From: Octopus vulgaris
Lineage: Eukaryota
NCBI GenBank assembly: GCA_951406725.2
Contig: OX597824.1
Coordinates: 66,650,001 to 66,714,000, forward strand
Length of the DNA: 64,000 nucleotides
Direction: 5' to 3'
The notes beneath the pieces were generated by a model. That model made no database searches, had not been told where the DNA came from, and saw nothing but the letters and a program-made list of their open reading frames with translations. Below are positions 1 to 12,877 of the stretch, one piece after another. The position numbers and the translations under genes were made by a program. Position 1 is the first letter of the stretch. Every line of letters begins with the position of its first letter.

Positions 1-439
1 TGTTGGGGCCTACTTTGGCTTATATATTGAGTTAACAAAACAGCTATCACAGAGGGGCGAGAGATTTTCAGGAAGGTGAGTCATGTTATTTTCCTGCTGT
101 TATAACGAAGCACATATAACCAATGATGGTCAAAGTTGAATTAACCTAATGGTGGATGAACTATACAACCACCAGAATCTGTGGTGTATTTATTTTGTCT
201 ACTGTATTATTTAGCAGAGGAATAGAGTTTTGCTGTTATTTTTAAAGTTTGTTTCTTGTATAATTTCCATGAGTGAATATGTAACACACGTTGTATAATG
301 GTAGGTGAGATTCCGTAGTAAACCAAGAGAATCTTTATACCTACACAAGCTAAACTGTTAATACTGTTGTTGTTGTTGCTGTTTAGCCACAGATTGTAGT
401 ATCAGACTTTTTTTATGACAGTATAGTATGATTTGAGTG

Positions 440-660
440 AAGGTGCATGGCCGAGTGGTAAGAGTGTTGCACTCATGATTACATGGCTTTGATTTTCAGA
501 CCAGGTAGTTCATTATGTTCTTGAGCAAAACACTTCATTTCATTTTTCTCTAGTCCACTCAGCTGTAAATGAGAAATGTGTTGATCTTGGTCACTTATTG
601 GCCATGGAAACCAGTAACCACTTGTAAGAGTCCTGGGACTCAAGACAGTAACGTCTTGGG
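440..660 (+). mobile_element. tRNA-derived SINE (related copies near 6950-7180, 15205-15530, 27120-27380(-), 58150-58430(-), 59140-59370(-), 63355-63965)
   Basis: A-box-like TGGCCGAGTGG head and shared body gttcttgagcaaaacacttcatttcac...gtccactcagct repeated across the window. Confidence 0.7.
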
Positions 661-689
661 GTAGACATGACAGTTTGCCTTGAAGAATA

Positions 690-868
690 TCAGTCGATCA
701 AACCGACCCTAGTACTTATTTTTTAAAACCTGCTACTTAGTCTATCGGACTCTTTTGCTGAACGACCAAGGTATGGGGATGTAAACACACCAACACTGGT
801 TGTCAAGTGGTGGTGGTGGGGGAAACACAGACACAAAGATACACACACACACACACAAATATAATATA

Positions 869-914
<46 letters not shown>

Positions 915-985
915 GTTTCTTTCATTTTCTGTTTACCAAATCCACTCACAAGGCTTTAGTCAGTCTGAGGCTATAGTAGAAGTTA
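690..985 (-). mobile_element. SINE with internal microsatellite (family also at ~6820-7425, 15725-16050, 20640-20790, 21660-21815, 23820-24025, 46245-46640, 53950-54140, 56915-57070)
   Basis: Recurrent segments ggctgtgtggtaagaagcttgcttc..., aaatccactcacaaggctttggt... and ...ggcaaaagagaccgatagaataagtact. Confidence 0.65.
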
Positions 986-1357
986 GTGTTTGTTTAATAG
1001 TGAAGGGCAAGGGTACAATTCACATGGGTTTGCATGAAAGTACTTTCTGTTTTTAAGAAGGATTGGAAACTATGTATTGTTTCATCATATAAAAGGAAGT
1101 TAATATGATTTTGTCCAGAAATCACATTTTCAAAATTTTAGTTTCCCTCTATACCCACCGCAATGTCTTAATTTGTAACTTTTCTACTTTTTAAAAAATG
1201 TTGTTATCTATGTAGGAAAATACAGAGATTACGAATCTGAGAAATAAATATATATATTTTATAGTTTAATTTTTCTTAAAGAAACACTCAATGCCCTTCC
1301 CCCACCTCACCTGCCCATCCCCTAGCAGCTTTCAAAAAGCTAAAATCTCCCAATTTT

Positions 1358-2613
1358 TCACTTTTGTCTGATGTTTCCCGCATGCGTAGAATTCTACTGA
1401 AATAGTAGACTTAAAAAAATACCAGACCACCACCAGAAAACCTGACATGCTAGAAACAACAGGTAAACAACATTATTTCTGAAGAAACTTCTCTGATTTC
1501 TAAAAAGCTAAAAGTGAAACATTGGGAGTGAGTAGGTTTTTGAAAGTGGTGAGGTGATGGGTAAAATTCTAAAAGATTCATACTCTGTTTTTTATCCATG
1601 GATTACCAAGAATAAAAATTTAGGAAAATATTGAGAACGTGTTTGTGGGTGAAATCCTAATCTCCTGTATTACAAACATAGGAATTGGAAGGAATTTAGG
1701 AAAAAAATAAGTGGTGGCGAGGAATGTCACTTTGGACATGCTAGGAAGAAGAGGTAAAGGACAGGATTTCTGGGAAAACTTTCTTTTAAGTTTATCTCGA
1801 AAATCAGATTTTTAAATACGCTCATCACAAACATAAATTATACAATAGAAAAAAATCATTTCAATTGGGTTTGAACTGTAAATTTGCATATGCACACTGC
1901 AAGAATTAACATAATTCACACAGAAGTTTTACTTAGAGTGTGTGTATTCATGAGTGTGTGTCAAATGAAGTTATATTCTTTCATTTGAAGAAGCATTCTT
2001 TCATTTGAAGAAGCAAAGTTGTCAACTCAACATATACGGGCTCATATGATCTTTTGTTAATTTCCGTAAAATTGGTTTAATTTCTGTATGCTTTGAAGAG
2101 AGCAGAAATTGAAAGAGAGGATAAAGTGAACAGGTGACATTTGCCTTGAAGTGAGAGGAGAAAGTGTAAGATGTAATGGACGTGTGTTTGTGCGTGTGTG
2201 AGAGAGAGAGTGTGAGTGAGTGAAGGTGTGTGTTGTGATGCATGAAATTTTTTGCATGTGGCACTCACTCTCTCTCTCTCACACACACACACACACATTA
2301 GCTTTCATATACATGTACATAAATAAGCAGAGGTAAAGAATACGCACACCACCCGTTTTCGGTGTAACTCTAACCGTAAACACTGGGAGTGCCTATTCTT
2401 GACCTTCTCCCATAAATACATATGCATACATCATTTGTGTGTGTGTGAGAGAGAGAGAGTGGCTTATTTGTTTATAACATATAGAAAAATTGATGTCTTT
2501 TAATACAATGCTTTTGGTTGTGGCTTATTTTAATACAATATTTATGTGTAGATTTTCATAAATGTTTGTCTGAGTAGAATTCTATGAATGTGTGAAACAT
2601 CGGACGAAAGTGA
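1358..2613. mobile_element. Non-autonomous DNA transposon (MITE-like) with 41-bp TIRs
   Basis: 1358-1398 tcacttttgtctgatgtttcccgcatgcgtagaattctact is the reverse complement of 2573-2613 at 35/41 positions. Confidence 0.6.
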
Positions 2614-2969
2614 TACATTAGAAGCAAATCAAAATATTGTCCAAAAATGAAGTCAAAATTGTGCAACCCAACGTAGTTGCCAAGGTTATTTTAGTTGTAA
2701 AAAAGAGTTGTTGAGTCAAAAACAGTTTATTTGGTATATTAATAATAATAAACAGCTCTCTTTATTATAATTCACATGTGACTAATTTGGAGAAACATTA
2801 CTTTCATTATTTATGCATCGTCACTCTCGTAATGCAGCACTTTGTTATTTTGGTTCAAATTGGAAGTGTGAAACTATTTTCATTTTGTAATGAAACCTGG
2901 TCGTTGTAGAGAAGTGTATTTGAAATAACTAGAGCTGGTTATTGAGATAACCTAGAAAATATGTAAATA

Positions 2970-3520
2970 AAAATAAAGTTTATTTAACATGGGTAATTGA
3001 TTTGATTGTTCTGGAAGGTGGCAAGCTGACAGAATCATTAGCATGTCGGGCAAAATGCTTGAGCTGTATTTTGCCTGTCCAAATGCTGCCAGGGTCAACT
3101 TTGCCTTCCATCCTTTTGGGGTCGATAAATTAAGTACCAGTGAGACACTAGGGTCGATATAATTGACTGGTCCCATCCCCTGAAATTTCAGGCCTTGTGC
3201 TTATAGTAGAAAGGATTTGATTGTTCTGGTCTTAACATCAGTTGGTAAGAATAGAAGTCATTTGACGACACCCTTTTGTTTGTAATTGGCTATCCTGTTG
3301 CAGGTTCAATCCGAGGAATATTGAAATGATACTCATCTTGTCCATTCAAGAGGATAAGATTATACTGGAGAGCATGATAAGAGGGATGAGTCTGTGAAAC
3401 ACGTTTAAGTTTGTTATCTTGAACATGAATGAGAATGTCATGATTTTCAATGGGATCACCAACCATAAGGATGGCTACTTCATTAGATGTGGGCTCATTA
3501 AAACAGCGTGAAATGATCTC
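2970..3520 (-). mobile_element. Helitron Rep/helicase relic, interrupted by a SINE (3015-3213)
   Basis: Translation FNEPTSNEVAILMVG...DILI...LKRVSQTHPSYHALQYNLILLNGQDEYHF...KRVSSNDFYSYQLMLR matches the Helitron Rep N-terminal motif; contains a stop. SINE flanked by 16-bp duplication gatttgattgttctgg. Confidence 0.8.
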
Positions 3521-4016
3521 TACTATAGATTACTATAGATGTAATGAATGTAGAAATGCACACACACACTCATAGAATTGATAATACTGAAAATAGTAAA
3601 ACATACACACACAAAGTTCAAGCGAAATGAAGTGTAGGTGCAAAACATACTTTCTGTAGCATAGTTATACTATCAAAAAAAAATGGAAAGTCACCAATTT
3701 AGCAAAAGTTAGTATGTGTCACCAATGTAAGAAAGTACAGAAAGTCAACATTTATGTGGAACATTTACTAAATGTTATAAAATTCATGACTGAATGAATG
3801 TCACAGTGAAGAAAGTGAAAGTCCAGGCCACAAGTAAACTTTCAATATCAGCATGTTTCACTGTTGGGTGGGGGAAGTTACATACATGAAGTAAGAGACA
3901 CACACACACACATTTACATTAATGCATATGTGAAGTCTTTTTCTGTCCTTGTGCGTGTCTATCTCTGTCTTTGGATATGTGTATGTATGTGCATGTGCGT
4001 GTGTGTGTGTGTGTGT

Positions 4017-4095
<79 letters not shown>

Positions 4096-4443
4096 TTAGT
4101 TGTCACAAAAATGTATGTATACTGACAGACAGAAACACGATCACACACATACTTGTCAGTCATTGGCCTAATGTATGTAATGAATACACGAACACATAGA
4201 AAATGTGACATCATTGTCGTTTTGGTGATGGTGATAAAAGATGTCATTTAGACTAGGTGACTAAAAGAAATATGATAATCTTGAACTTTTGTAATGTGAA
4301 TAAGTGAATGAAAATATAGTTTAGTTGGTAGCCAAAAGGTTACTGAATCATTTGATACTTCATACGTCAAAAACTCAAAAACGGCAACTCGGTTTTGGAA
4401 TGCATAAGGAACATACATGCATGCACACACACATACAAACTCT

Positions 4444-4489
<46 letters not shown>

Positions 4490-4755
4490 GTACAAAATAG
4501 TACAAGAACGCAAAACATCTGGACAACTAGGTAATACAAAAGGGGATGACGAGTCATTTGAAGTTTTCTATCCTCAGTCAAGAACTGGATTATCCTCGCA
4601 ATTTCAGCTGATTAATCTTGAGATTGCTCCAATCTGGCCAGCTCCAAGGAAAAACCAAGCTAAGAGCATTAGATTCCTTGGAAGAAAGTATTGAATGTAT
4701 ACAAAAACAAGGACGGAAAAACAGATGATGTTACACGAATATAAATACAAAATAC

Positions 4756-4810
<55 letters not shown>

Positions 4811-5329
4811 GGACATAACAACAGGTGTCTTTCGACTGGGGACGAATATTTATATAAACCAGATTTCAATTATTTTTTCTCAAAATGTAGCTGAAGACTG
4901 GACTGTCATTACTAGAAAAATGCATTCAATTTGGTTGAGAACTGAATTAGAGATGAAGCCTAGAAATGCTCATGAGTAAGTAAAAGTTGACTATAAGAAT
5001 ATATTTATCCAGTACTGTGGATGAATGATAAGAATACTGCATTCAATTTGGTTGAGAACTGAATTAGTGATGCTGCCTAGAAGAGCATGTGGGTGACTAA
5101 AAGTTGACCTTAAGAATAACTTTGAAGGGTTGAGTGAGTTGGTATTTTACATAAAATAAAATAAACTTTGAATGCAGAATAGCCATGAAAACAGCTTAGA
5201 AGATCAGCTAAATACCCTTAGAAAATGGAAAGAAAAAAGTGGTTAGCAAGCTGCTACAGAGAATGATCTTTGTCAAATGAGTATGGAAGCTGCCTTTTCT
5301 GCTTATATGTGTATGTATATCTATATCTA

Positions 5330-6187
5330 CAGGGTGTGAAGGGTAAATTGTCACCTCTTTATATTCTTAATTCCACACATGTGCATTATTTGCTTTTGAT
5401 TTTATCGACTACAAAGTATAGTAGGGTCAGTTGGGCACCGTCTGAGAAAAACAGCACCATGATGCAATTCACTCTCCCAGAAATTTAGAATTGACATGCT
5501 GTACTGCTTGGCATTCACACCAGAAGCTCAAGTATGAACATTTCAGAGTAACTGGGTGTCAGTCTGAGGACATGTACCGAGAGAGATAAAAATCAAACAT
5601 CCAGTCAACATCATGGTGTTTGGAGTGATCACTAGCGATGGTGACCTTATGCCACCATGCATCTTCCCACATAGCCTCAGACTCAACACAGAGGTCTACA
5701 TCATGTACATGAAGGAAGTAGTGCTGCCCTGGGTCAAAAGGGTGGCTGCAGGAAGATCCTATGTCAGGTAACAGGACTCTGCACCATCCCACACAAGCAA
5801 GAGAACTCAGTCATGGATGTCAGACAATTTCTGTGACCACATCACCCCTAACATCTGGCCACCTAACTCCCCAGACTGCAACCACCTTGATTATTATGTG
5901 TGGAAGAGACGAACAGAACTCCTTGTAACACCAAAGCTGAACTGAAGGCAAGGATTATGGCAGCATTCACCAACTTAAACAAGGAGATTGTTAAAAAGAG
6001 TTGCAGGAGGTTTTGAAGTCATTTGGAGGCCGTGGTTGAAGCCAATTGCGATTTTATTGAATAAATTTACTCTTTAGTATTTCAAGATAATTTTATGTAA
6101 CTTTAGTAAATATATCTGTTAAAATGAGATGTCAGTGTTTTCATTTTTGCGTAATTTAGACAACAATATGTTCATTGCATATATTGT
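5330..6187 (+). mobile_element. Tc1/mariner maT-type (DD37D) transposon relic
   Basis: TA|CAGGGTG terminus; KHPVNIMVFGVITSDG...YVR*QDSAPSH...WPPNSPDCNHLDYYVW with 37 residues between the 2nd and 3rd Asp; stops present. Confidence 0.9.
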
Positions 6188-6376
6188 ATAAGGTAGATGG
6201 AAGATGGAAGATACAAGAATTTTTTTTATTAATTACCATAATTGTTTTGACACATCTAGCATTGACCACACATGGGCGGAATACTTAACAACTGGTTCAG
6301 GAGCACCCAACGGTGGTAAATAGGTACAACTCATTAAAATAACAGTTCTGCAATGTATCTTCACATACACACCATA

Positions 6377-6668
6377 GCCAGATGTTCGGGGTGATGTTAG
6401 GGGTGATGTGGTCACAGAAATTGTCTGACATCCATGACTGAGTTCTCTTGCTTGTGTGGCATGGTGCAGAGTCCTGTTACCTGACATAGGATCTTCCTGC
6501 AGCCACCCTTTTGACCCAGGGCAGTACTACTTCCTTCATGTACATGATGTAGACCTCTGTGTTGAGTCTGAGGCTATGTGGGAAGATGCATGGTGGCATA
6601 AGGTCACCATCGCTAGTGATCACTCCAAACACCATGATGTTAACTGGATGTTTGATTTTTATCTCTCT
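6377..6668 (-). mobile_element. Local inverted copy of part of the maT transposase (5580-5859)
   Basis: Near-identical reverse complement, including the same premature TAA. Confidence 0.9.
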
Positions 6669-7624
6669 CTCACACACACACGCACACACACTCACACACA
6701 CACACACCACACACACGCGCATGCACGCATGCACGCACACACACACACACAGACACACACACACATTCAAATAGACACATATGTGTTTATGCATATGGTC
6801 TATACAGATGCAAACATAGGTGCAGGTCTGGCTGTGTAGGAAGAAGCTTTCTTCTCAACCACATGGTTTTCTTCATTCAGTCCCAATACGTGACACCTTA
6901 GGCAAATGTCTTCTACTATAGCCCCAGACTGACCAAAGCTTTATGTGTGTAGGTATGCAGCTTAGTGGCTTGGGTGTTGGACTCATGATTGGGGTTTTGA
7001 TTCCTGGACTGGGCGACGCGGTATGTTCTTGAGCAAAACACCTCATTTCATGTTGCTTCAGTCCATGCAGCTAGTAAAAATGAGTATTCCTGAGATGGAA
7101 TGGCTTCCCATCCAGGGGAGAATATGTACACTATTGAAACCCAGAAATTGGCCCTGAGTCAACATGACTTTGGAAGGAGCTTTAAGCATTTTTTTTAATG
7201 TACATGTATCTATGTGAGTGCATCTTTATGTTTGTCGCCAACCACTGCTTGTCAACTGGCATTGGTTTGTTTATGTCCCTGTCACTTAGTGGTTAGGCAA
7301 AAGAGACCGATAAAAATAAATAGCAAACTTCAAAAAATACAAGTACTGGAGTCGATTCATTTGAATAAAACCCTTCAAGGCAGTACCCCAGTATGGCCAC
7401 AGCCCAATGGTTGAAACAAGTAAAATATAAATGATACACACACACACACACATATACACATATGCACATGCATGTAAACATATATGTTCAATTACAACAC
7501 TTAACAGATGATGATACACATTAAAGAAAAACAATCAATGATGTCAACACAAAAACAGATGAAATACATTAAAACCATATAAGATACATAAAAATGTAAC
7601 TCACAAACAAGAAATGTGTTTTAC

Positions 7625-7791
7625 CTGTAATAAATATATACACCAATGGTAAGTATTTCGTCCTGAATGATAGACCATGATTCTCTAACTAACAGATTTT
7701 GTCTATCAGACAATATAGCACATGTATTGGAGGTGACTTCTTTCTGTTTCTTCTTGGGTTTTTCTGATTTGAAACTTAGTCCACATCCCAT
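7625..7791 (-). CDS. Globin X-like (N-acylated, probably membrane-bound) globin, first coding exon; gene continues toward lower coordinates
   Basis: Manual translation: MGCGLSFKSEKPKKKQKEVTSNTCAILSDRQNLLVRESWSIIQDEILTIGVYIYY + AG|gtaaaa. LS..Q..LVRESW.IIQ.EI...G matches globin A/B helices of globin X type (SWKVIQEDIAKVGIIMFVR pattern). The phase-2 donor falls exactly at the conserved B12.2 intron position. In-frame upstream TGA; pyrimidine-rich acceptor ttttattttctttatcag at 7852-7870 (exon 7851-7625). Confidence 0.85.
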
Positions 7792-8039
7792 CATTGAGAG
7801 TTTTCTTTTTTTATACGAACCGCTGTTAATTTTTCACTTTTTCTTTGTTACCTGATAAAGAAAATAAAAAAAAATTTTATGGAAACACAAATAAACAACT
7901 ACTTAGGTCAAATCAGGGATCTCCAACAATCATGGACTATCCTGATTACTAAGAGTAAGTACCTTTTCCCAGTTGTGGCTTCTAGTTCAACCAACATCAA
8001 CATTTTCAGAGAGGCTGTTTTTCCTTCTCCATCTTCTTC

Positions 8040-8420
8040 TTTCTTTCTAACAGAAATTTGAAGAAGTTGACAAGGGCTTGATCAGAGAGAAAAAGCTTTA
8101 TCCTTAGTCCTCTCAATTTTGTTCACCATACAACCTCCATAGCTGCAGACAAAATGTTTGTCTATCCTTCTGTGCTAAGGAAGTGTGTTGAGATGATTTG
8201 CACAGTGCACTTGATTGACAATTTGAGCCATCCTACATGCAACAACATCCATTTGACGTAACTCCACAATTCAGTGATGTTCCTGTAACTGAATGTATGC
8301 AGAAAGAATGGCTTCATAGCCCTCTGTGCAGATTTGGCTTATGCCATTGCCATACCTGTAGACTTTAGTCCAAACTGACAATGCCCCCAGTGGCAAAAGT
8401 ACATTATGTATTGCAAAATT
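8040..8420 (-). mobile_element. Degraded L1/Tx1-type ORF2 C-terminal fragment
   Basis: AAMEVVW*TKLRGLR..FLSDQALVNFFKFLLERK resembles the C-terminus of Tx1-like ORF2; recognised from memory only. Confidence 0.35.
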
Positions 8421-8611
8421 GTTAACATGTCAGGCAAAACGCCTAGAGACATTTCTTCTGACTTTGTGTTTTGAGCTCAAATGCTGCTGGGGTTGACTTT
8501 GCCTTTCATCCTTTTGGTGTTGATAAATTAAATAACAGTTGAGCACTGGTGTTGATGTAATCAACTTAACCCTCTCCCTAAAATTGGTGACCTTGTGCCA
8601 AAATTTGAAGC

Positions 8612-8651
<40 letters not shown>

Positions 8652-8923
8652 GTTGTTGTTGTTGTTGTTGTTGTTACTATTATTGTTATTATTAAGGTGG
8701 CAATTTGGCAGCAGTGTTAGCATATTGGTCAAAATGCTTAATGGCATTTCTTCTGGTTTCATATTTTCTTTTCAAATGCCACTCAAGTCAGCTTTACCTT
8801 TCATCCTTTTGAGGTTGATAAAATATATACTAATTCAGCAATGGGTTCAATGTAATCAACTAAGCCCTTATCCCTAAAATTGCTAGCCTTGGGGCAAAAT
8901 TAGAATGAATTATTATTATTATT

Positions 8924-9001
<78 letters not shown>

Positions 9002-9462
9002 ATTATTGTTATTTTTATTGTTTTAATAATCTTACTTTTATTGCATACTTCCTATTCTCAGTCAAGTGGAACTCTGTGTACCTTCAGTATATACAGCATT
9101 TTGATTTGATGCTTGTCTATTTTATTGAAATATACTGTACAATAAATATGCCTAGTAGTTTTATTTTTCTGTCACTGTTGGTGATGTTGTTGCTCTTGCT
9201 CTTACTGCTACTACCCTCATAGTTGTCGTTGATGTGTGTGTCTGTGTCTATATATGTATATAAGATTTATTATTATTATACTTTCAATGTTCATGATTTT
9301 TACTTGGATTACTGATAGAAAGCAGTTATTTGTTCCTGTTTTAGTTACAACAAATCTTGAGCTTATTTCACATCCTGAGGTGGAAATAGGTTTTATTTCT
9401 AACATTGCTTTTATTTTGCAAACATCCATTTCCATAATCTATTTGTGTTTCAAAATGTTTAC

Positions 9463-9560
9463 CTGAGTGGTAGTAAGAGTAGATCACTGAGACGAAATAG
9501 AGTAAAAGGAGCACTAAGAGGAGATTACATCCCCCTACTAGTCACATTGGTGGTAACAGT
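9463..9560 (-). other. Candidate non-coding 5' UTR exon of the globin gene
   Basis: Unique 98-nt segment bounded on minus strand by ttttttttctgcattaag acceptor and CAG|gtaaac donor; no other support. Confidence 0.3.
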
Positions 9561-10823
9561 CTTAATGCAGAAAAAAAACAAACAATGTATATGCTCAAAA
9601 CTTTCAAATATAAAAACTTACTTTAAAAAGAAGTCAATGTCACAGTTAAATAAGTGTACAGAATTTTTAGAATGAATATGTATATAATAATTCTGCTTGT
9701 CACTCTGTTACTTAGCCCATCTGTTACACTTTCATGTGATTAGTTGAAGGGAAAGGTGAAGAGGAAAAGAAAAAGGAGTGAGAAAAAGGAGTTAGAAAAA
9801 GAAGGTAAGGTGAAGAGTGAGAGAGAAAGAGGGAGAATGCTGTATATTAAGTCTATAAAATTGTGCATAAAGTATAACAAATGTATATATAAAGGGCATT
9901 AAGTAATCATGGTATTCCAATTTCCTTCACTTTTCAGTGATTAACAGATAAATGACTATCTTTTGATACAAACACAACATAGGCTATGCTTTCAGGTTTT
10001 TTGGATAAAGTTTTCAGAAATAACCCAATAAGTTTACTATTAATTCTGTGAAATATTCACAGGTTCTACTAGTATATAATAATTATATGTAAAAAAAAAA
10101 CCCCACAAAAAAGTTCTTTTTTGGAACGGTGTATCTTGAAGAAAATAAAGCTATAAATAATAGTTTGTAAATATTGGGTCAAAAACTCCTTGGATAGAAA
10201 AAGTTAAATGCTGCCTATGGGATTCAAATCTACATCTGTAAACATGGCATCAATAACACAATTCTTTCTGGTAAGAATAAATTTCCTAAAATGGACAGAG
10301 AAATTCAAAGGATTGTTTTGGTCCAATGGTACAATGCCTGTCGTGTTGACAGGAGAAGTGGGCTTCAGACCCACAAATAGCACCTCAACTTTTTCTATCA
10401 TTTTTTAACCCAGTATTTACATGCTATTATTTATAGACTTCAACACTCATAGTTCCCAAAAGAATTATTTCACATTCTCTCAAAGTTTATAAATTCTTAG
10501 AACATCAATAAAAAAAAAAATTAATGTTAAAATGACAAAAACAATAAAATACTAATGTGAACACTACTATTATAGTTTTGTAAATGTTGCAGGTCATAAG
10601 GGATACCAGATTAAAAAAAAAAAAATAACAATGCACTCAATGCATGTTGCAAAAGACCATCTATCTTGCCTAAATACTTTAGTGAAAAAGGAATGAAAGA
10701 AAGTGAAACATCTGTTTTGCAAAGTTTCTTTATTCATTTACATATTTTGTTTATACTTTTATAAATAAACTGATAAATAGTAATAAATAAATCATTATAT
10801 TAATTGGATTATACTGATAGAAG

Positions 10824-10970
10824 ATGGAGAATATTGAAGTTGATGTGTCACTCAAGGATGTACACATACCATCTAAAAAGGAATTTATTAAAGATTTGAT
10901 TTGTAAAACTAGTGAATTCATCCAAAGGCTCAGGTGGAGTGTGTACCATTATAATAGAAAGGAACTATAA
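10824..10970 (+). mobile_element. Penelope-like element ORF N-terminus fragment (mirrored at ~14100-14250 on minus)
   Basis: MENIEVDVSLKDVHIPSKKEFIKDLICKTSEFIQRLRWSVYHYNRKEL* matches the PLE N-terminal SLKNIPIPS...FIKR.RW motif; truncated by hairpin gtgtaccattata/tataatggtacac. Confidence 0.65.
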
Positions 10971-11304
10971 TGGTACACTGTATCCTTCCTGTTTTTATGT
11001 TTTTATTTTGTTTTAAATATAAATTTCTGAAGATATTCTCACTTGTAGTAATTAACCAAATTAATTTAGCTAAATTAAATTACATTTGGTTAATTTTTGT
11101 GCTGCAAGTGATGAACTTAAACAATTGTAGGTCTGGTCTACAATAATGTTAATAAACTTTTATTAATCTTATATCCATCTTCTCTCTTGTTTTGTATAAT
11201 ATTAATAATACTACATATGTATGTGACTGCTTTGTTAGGCATTCAACCAGTCTAATCTTGGATATTTTTATCCCTCCAAGGTTTATATCCTAATTTGTAC
11301 CTTG

Positions 11305-11343
<39 letters not shown>

Positions 11344-11544
11344 CAGACACACACACACATGAGTAAGCATATAAATGCAAAACAAAGTGGAAAAAATAGT
11401 ACTCAAATACCAAAGGTAGAGTAATATGCTTTTTTTTATTTAAGCTGCCACAATATTATACAACTGTTATTCACAGCTTCGCATTTCCTTTCATCAGACT
11501 GTTGTGAGCAAGTCTCTAAATATACATATCCATATATATACATA

Positions 11545-11585
<41 letters not shown>

Positions 11586-11867
11586 CAGAGATGTACTTGC
11601 ATAGCAAGTGACCTGATCCGAGATCATGTGCTGGAACGAAAACAATTGCAACATGGAAGGTGTTTATAAGCCATTTAAGAAACACACAAAACCATTAGGT
11701 TCACTTCAATATTTAAATTTAATTTGCCAAAATATTTTCACCGATTTGAGATCGCGACCTGTTCACTGACAAAATTATGTGCTGCAGCAAATTAAATTTA
11801 AATGTTGAAGTGAATCTAACGGTTTTTGTGTTTCTTAAATGGCTTATAAACACCTGCCACGCTGCAA

Positions 11868-12877
11868 TCTATATATATAAAACTCAACTTGTGTATCTGT
11901 GTGTGTGTCTGTGTGTTTAACTTCCTGGCACATCTCCTCCTAACCAACAAACCATAGAACCACCAAAAATGGGTCACTTAAAGTTTAGGCGAATGAAAAT
12001 TGAACTGCGCTATTTCTGTTCCAAAATTCATCTCGCAGGTGCAAAAATCGATAATGTGTTTGTTTACTCAGTCAGCTGTTTGACTTGAACTGTGTTCACC
12101 ACGCATGCAAGCATGTGTAAATTGCATGAAAAATAAAAAATCAAGATATAAAAATGAATCGCCTTAAACATTGAGGGTTTTTTTCGCATTAATCGTTTGG
12201 ACTTTGTGAACACATACCAATTGTTTTCATAACATTTTTAACGCTTTGAATTAAATGTGACCATTTTGCATTGAGTCTGCAGTTTGAATCACTTTAACCA
12301 AATTTTAGCAGGCCAGATTTTTGATCATTACGATACATCGCCAGCGACTCCCTGAAACTCTCCCCTGAAATCCCCGTTGAGAAATCTATATATATAAAAC
12401 TCAATTTGTGTGTCTGTGTGTGTATCTGTGTGTTTAACTTTTGGATCTACCAAGTTTCATTATTAAGGATGGAAAGTAGTGTGTAGCAAATCTATAAAGC
12501 AAATCTATAAAGCTGAAGTTGTCTGTGTGTGGCAGGTTTGGTAGCCTTCAACTAACACTATCTCCTCCGAGACCCTGCAGCACAAGTTGACCAAAATTGA
12601 GAGTATGATAGAAGAAGGCTTGCTCTTCATTCTGTAGAAGATAAAATTCAAATCGGACCATGTTAACACCAAAAATTATTTTACATCAAAAAGGTGCTTT
12701 TTTTCTATGAAAATCCCTATTTTTTACGATTTTTGGCTGCTGTGTCACCATTTTTCGGTGTATTTCAACTGGAAAAAGGTTCACTTGAAGAGAATAACAA
12801 GTTGCATAATGCAAAATTTTTACTTTTCAAAAATTCCAATTCAAAAGGGTTGAAACAAACCCAAGCAACACCAGGTA

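Noticed and set aside
1-81. Plus-strand open frame VGAYFGLYIELTKQLSQRGERFSG ending at a strong AAG|GTGAGT donor
   Set aside because: Truncated by the window edge, no recognisable homology, and no downstream plus-strand exon identified.
1311-1396. Minus-strand AG...GT segment in frame with the globin exon (RILRMRETSDKSEKLGDFSFLKAARGWA)
   Set aside because: Not globin-like and overlaps the MITE terminal inverted repeat.
4891-4930. CTGAAGA...GAAA...aatgcatt hammerhead-like match
   Set aside because: No convincing stem I and the stem III register is off by one.
6237-6347. Phase-compatible 111-nt candidate for globin exon 2 (TVILMSCTYLPPLGAPEPVVKYSAHVWSMLDVSKQL)
   Set aside because: No C2 Pro or CD1 Phe, His too close to B12, no polypyrimidine tract, and the DNA resembles a transposon terminus.
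10204-10408. Overlapping 65-66 aa ORFs on both strands in unique sequence
   Set aside because: No motif, no clear splice signals, and the length is compatible with chance.
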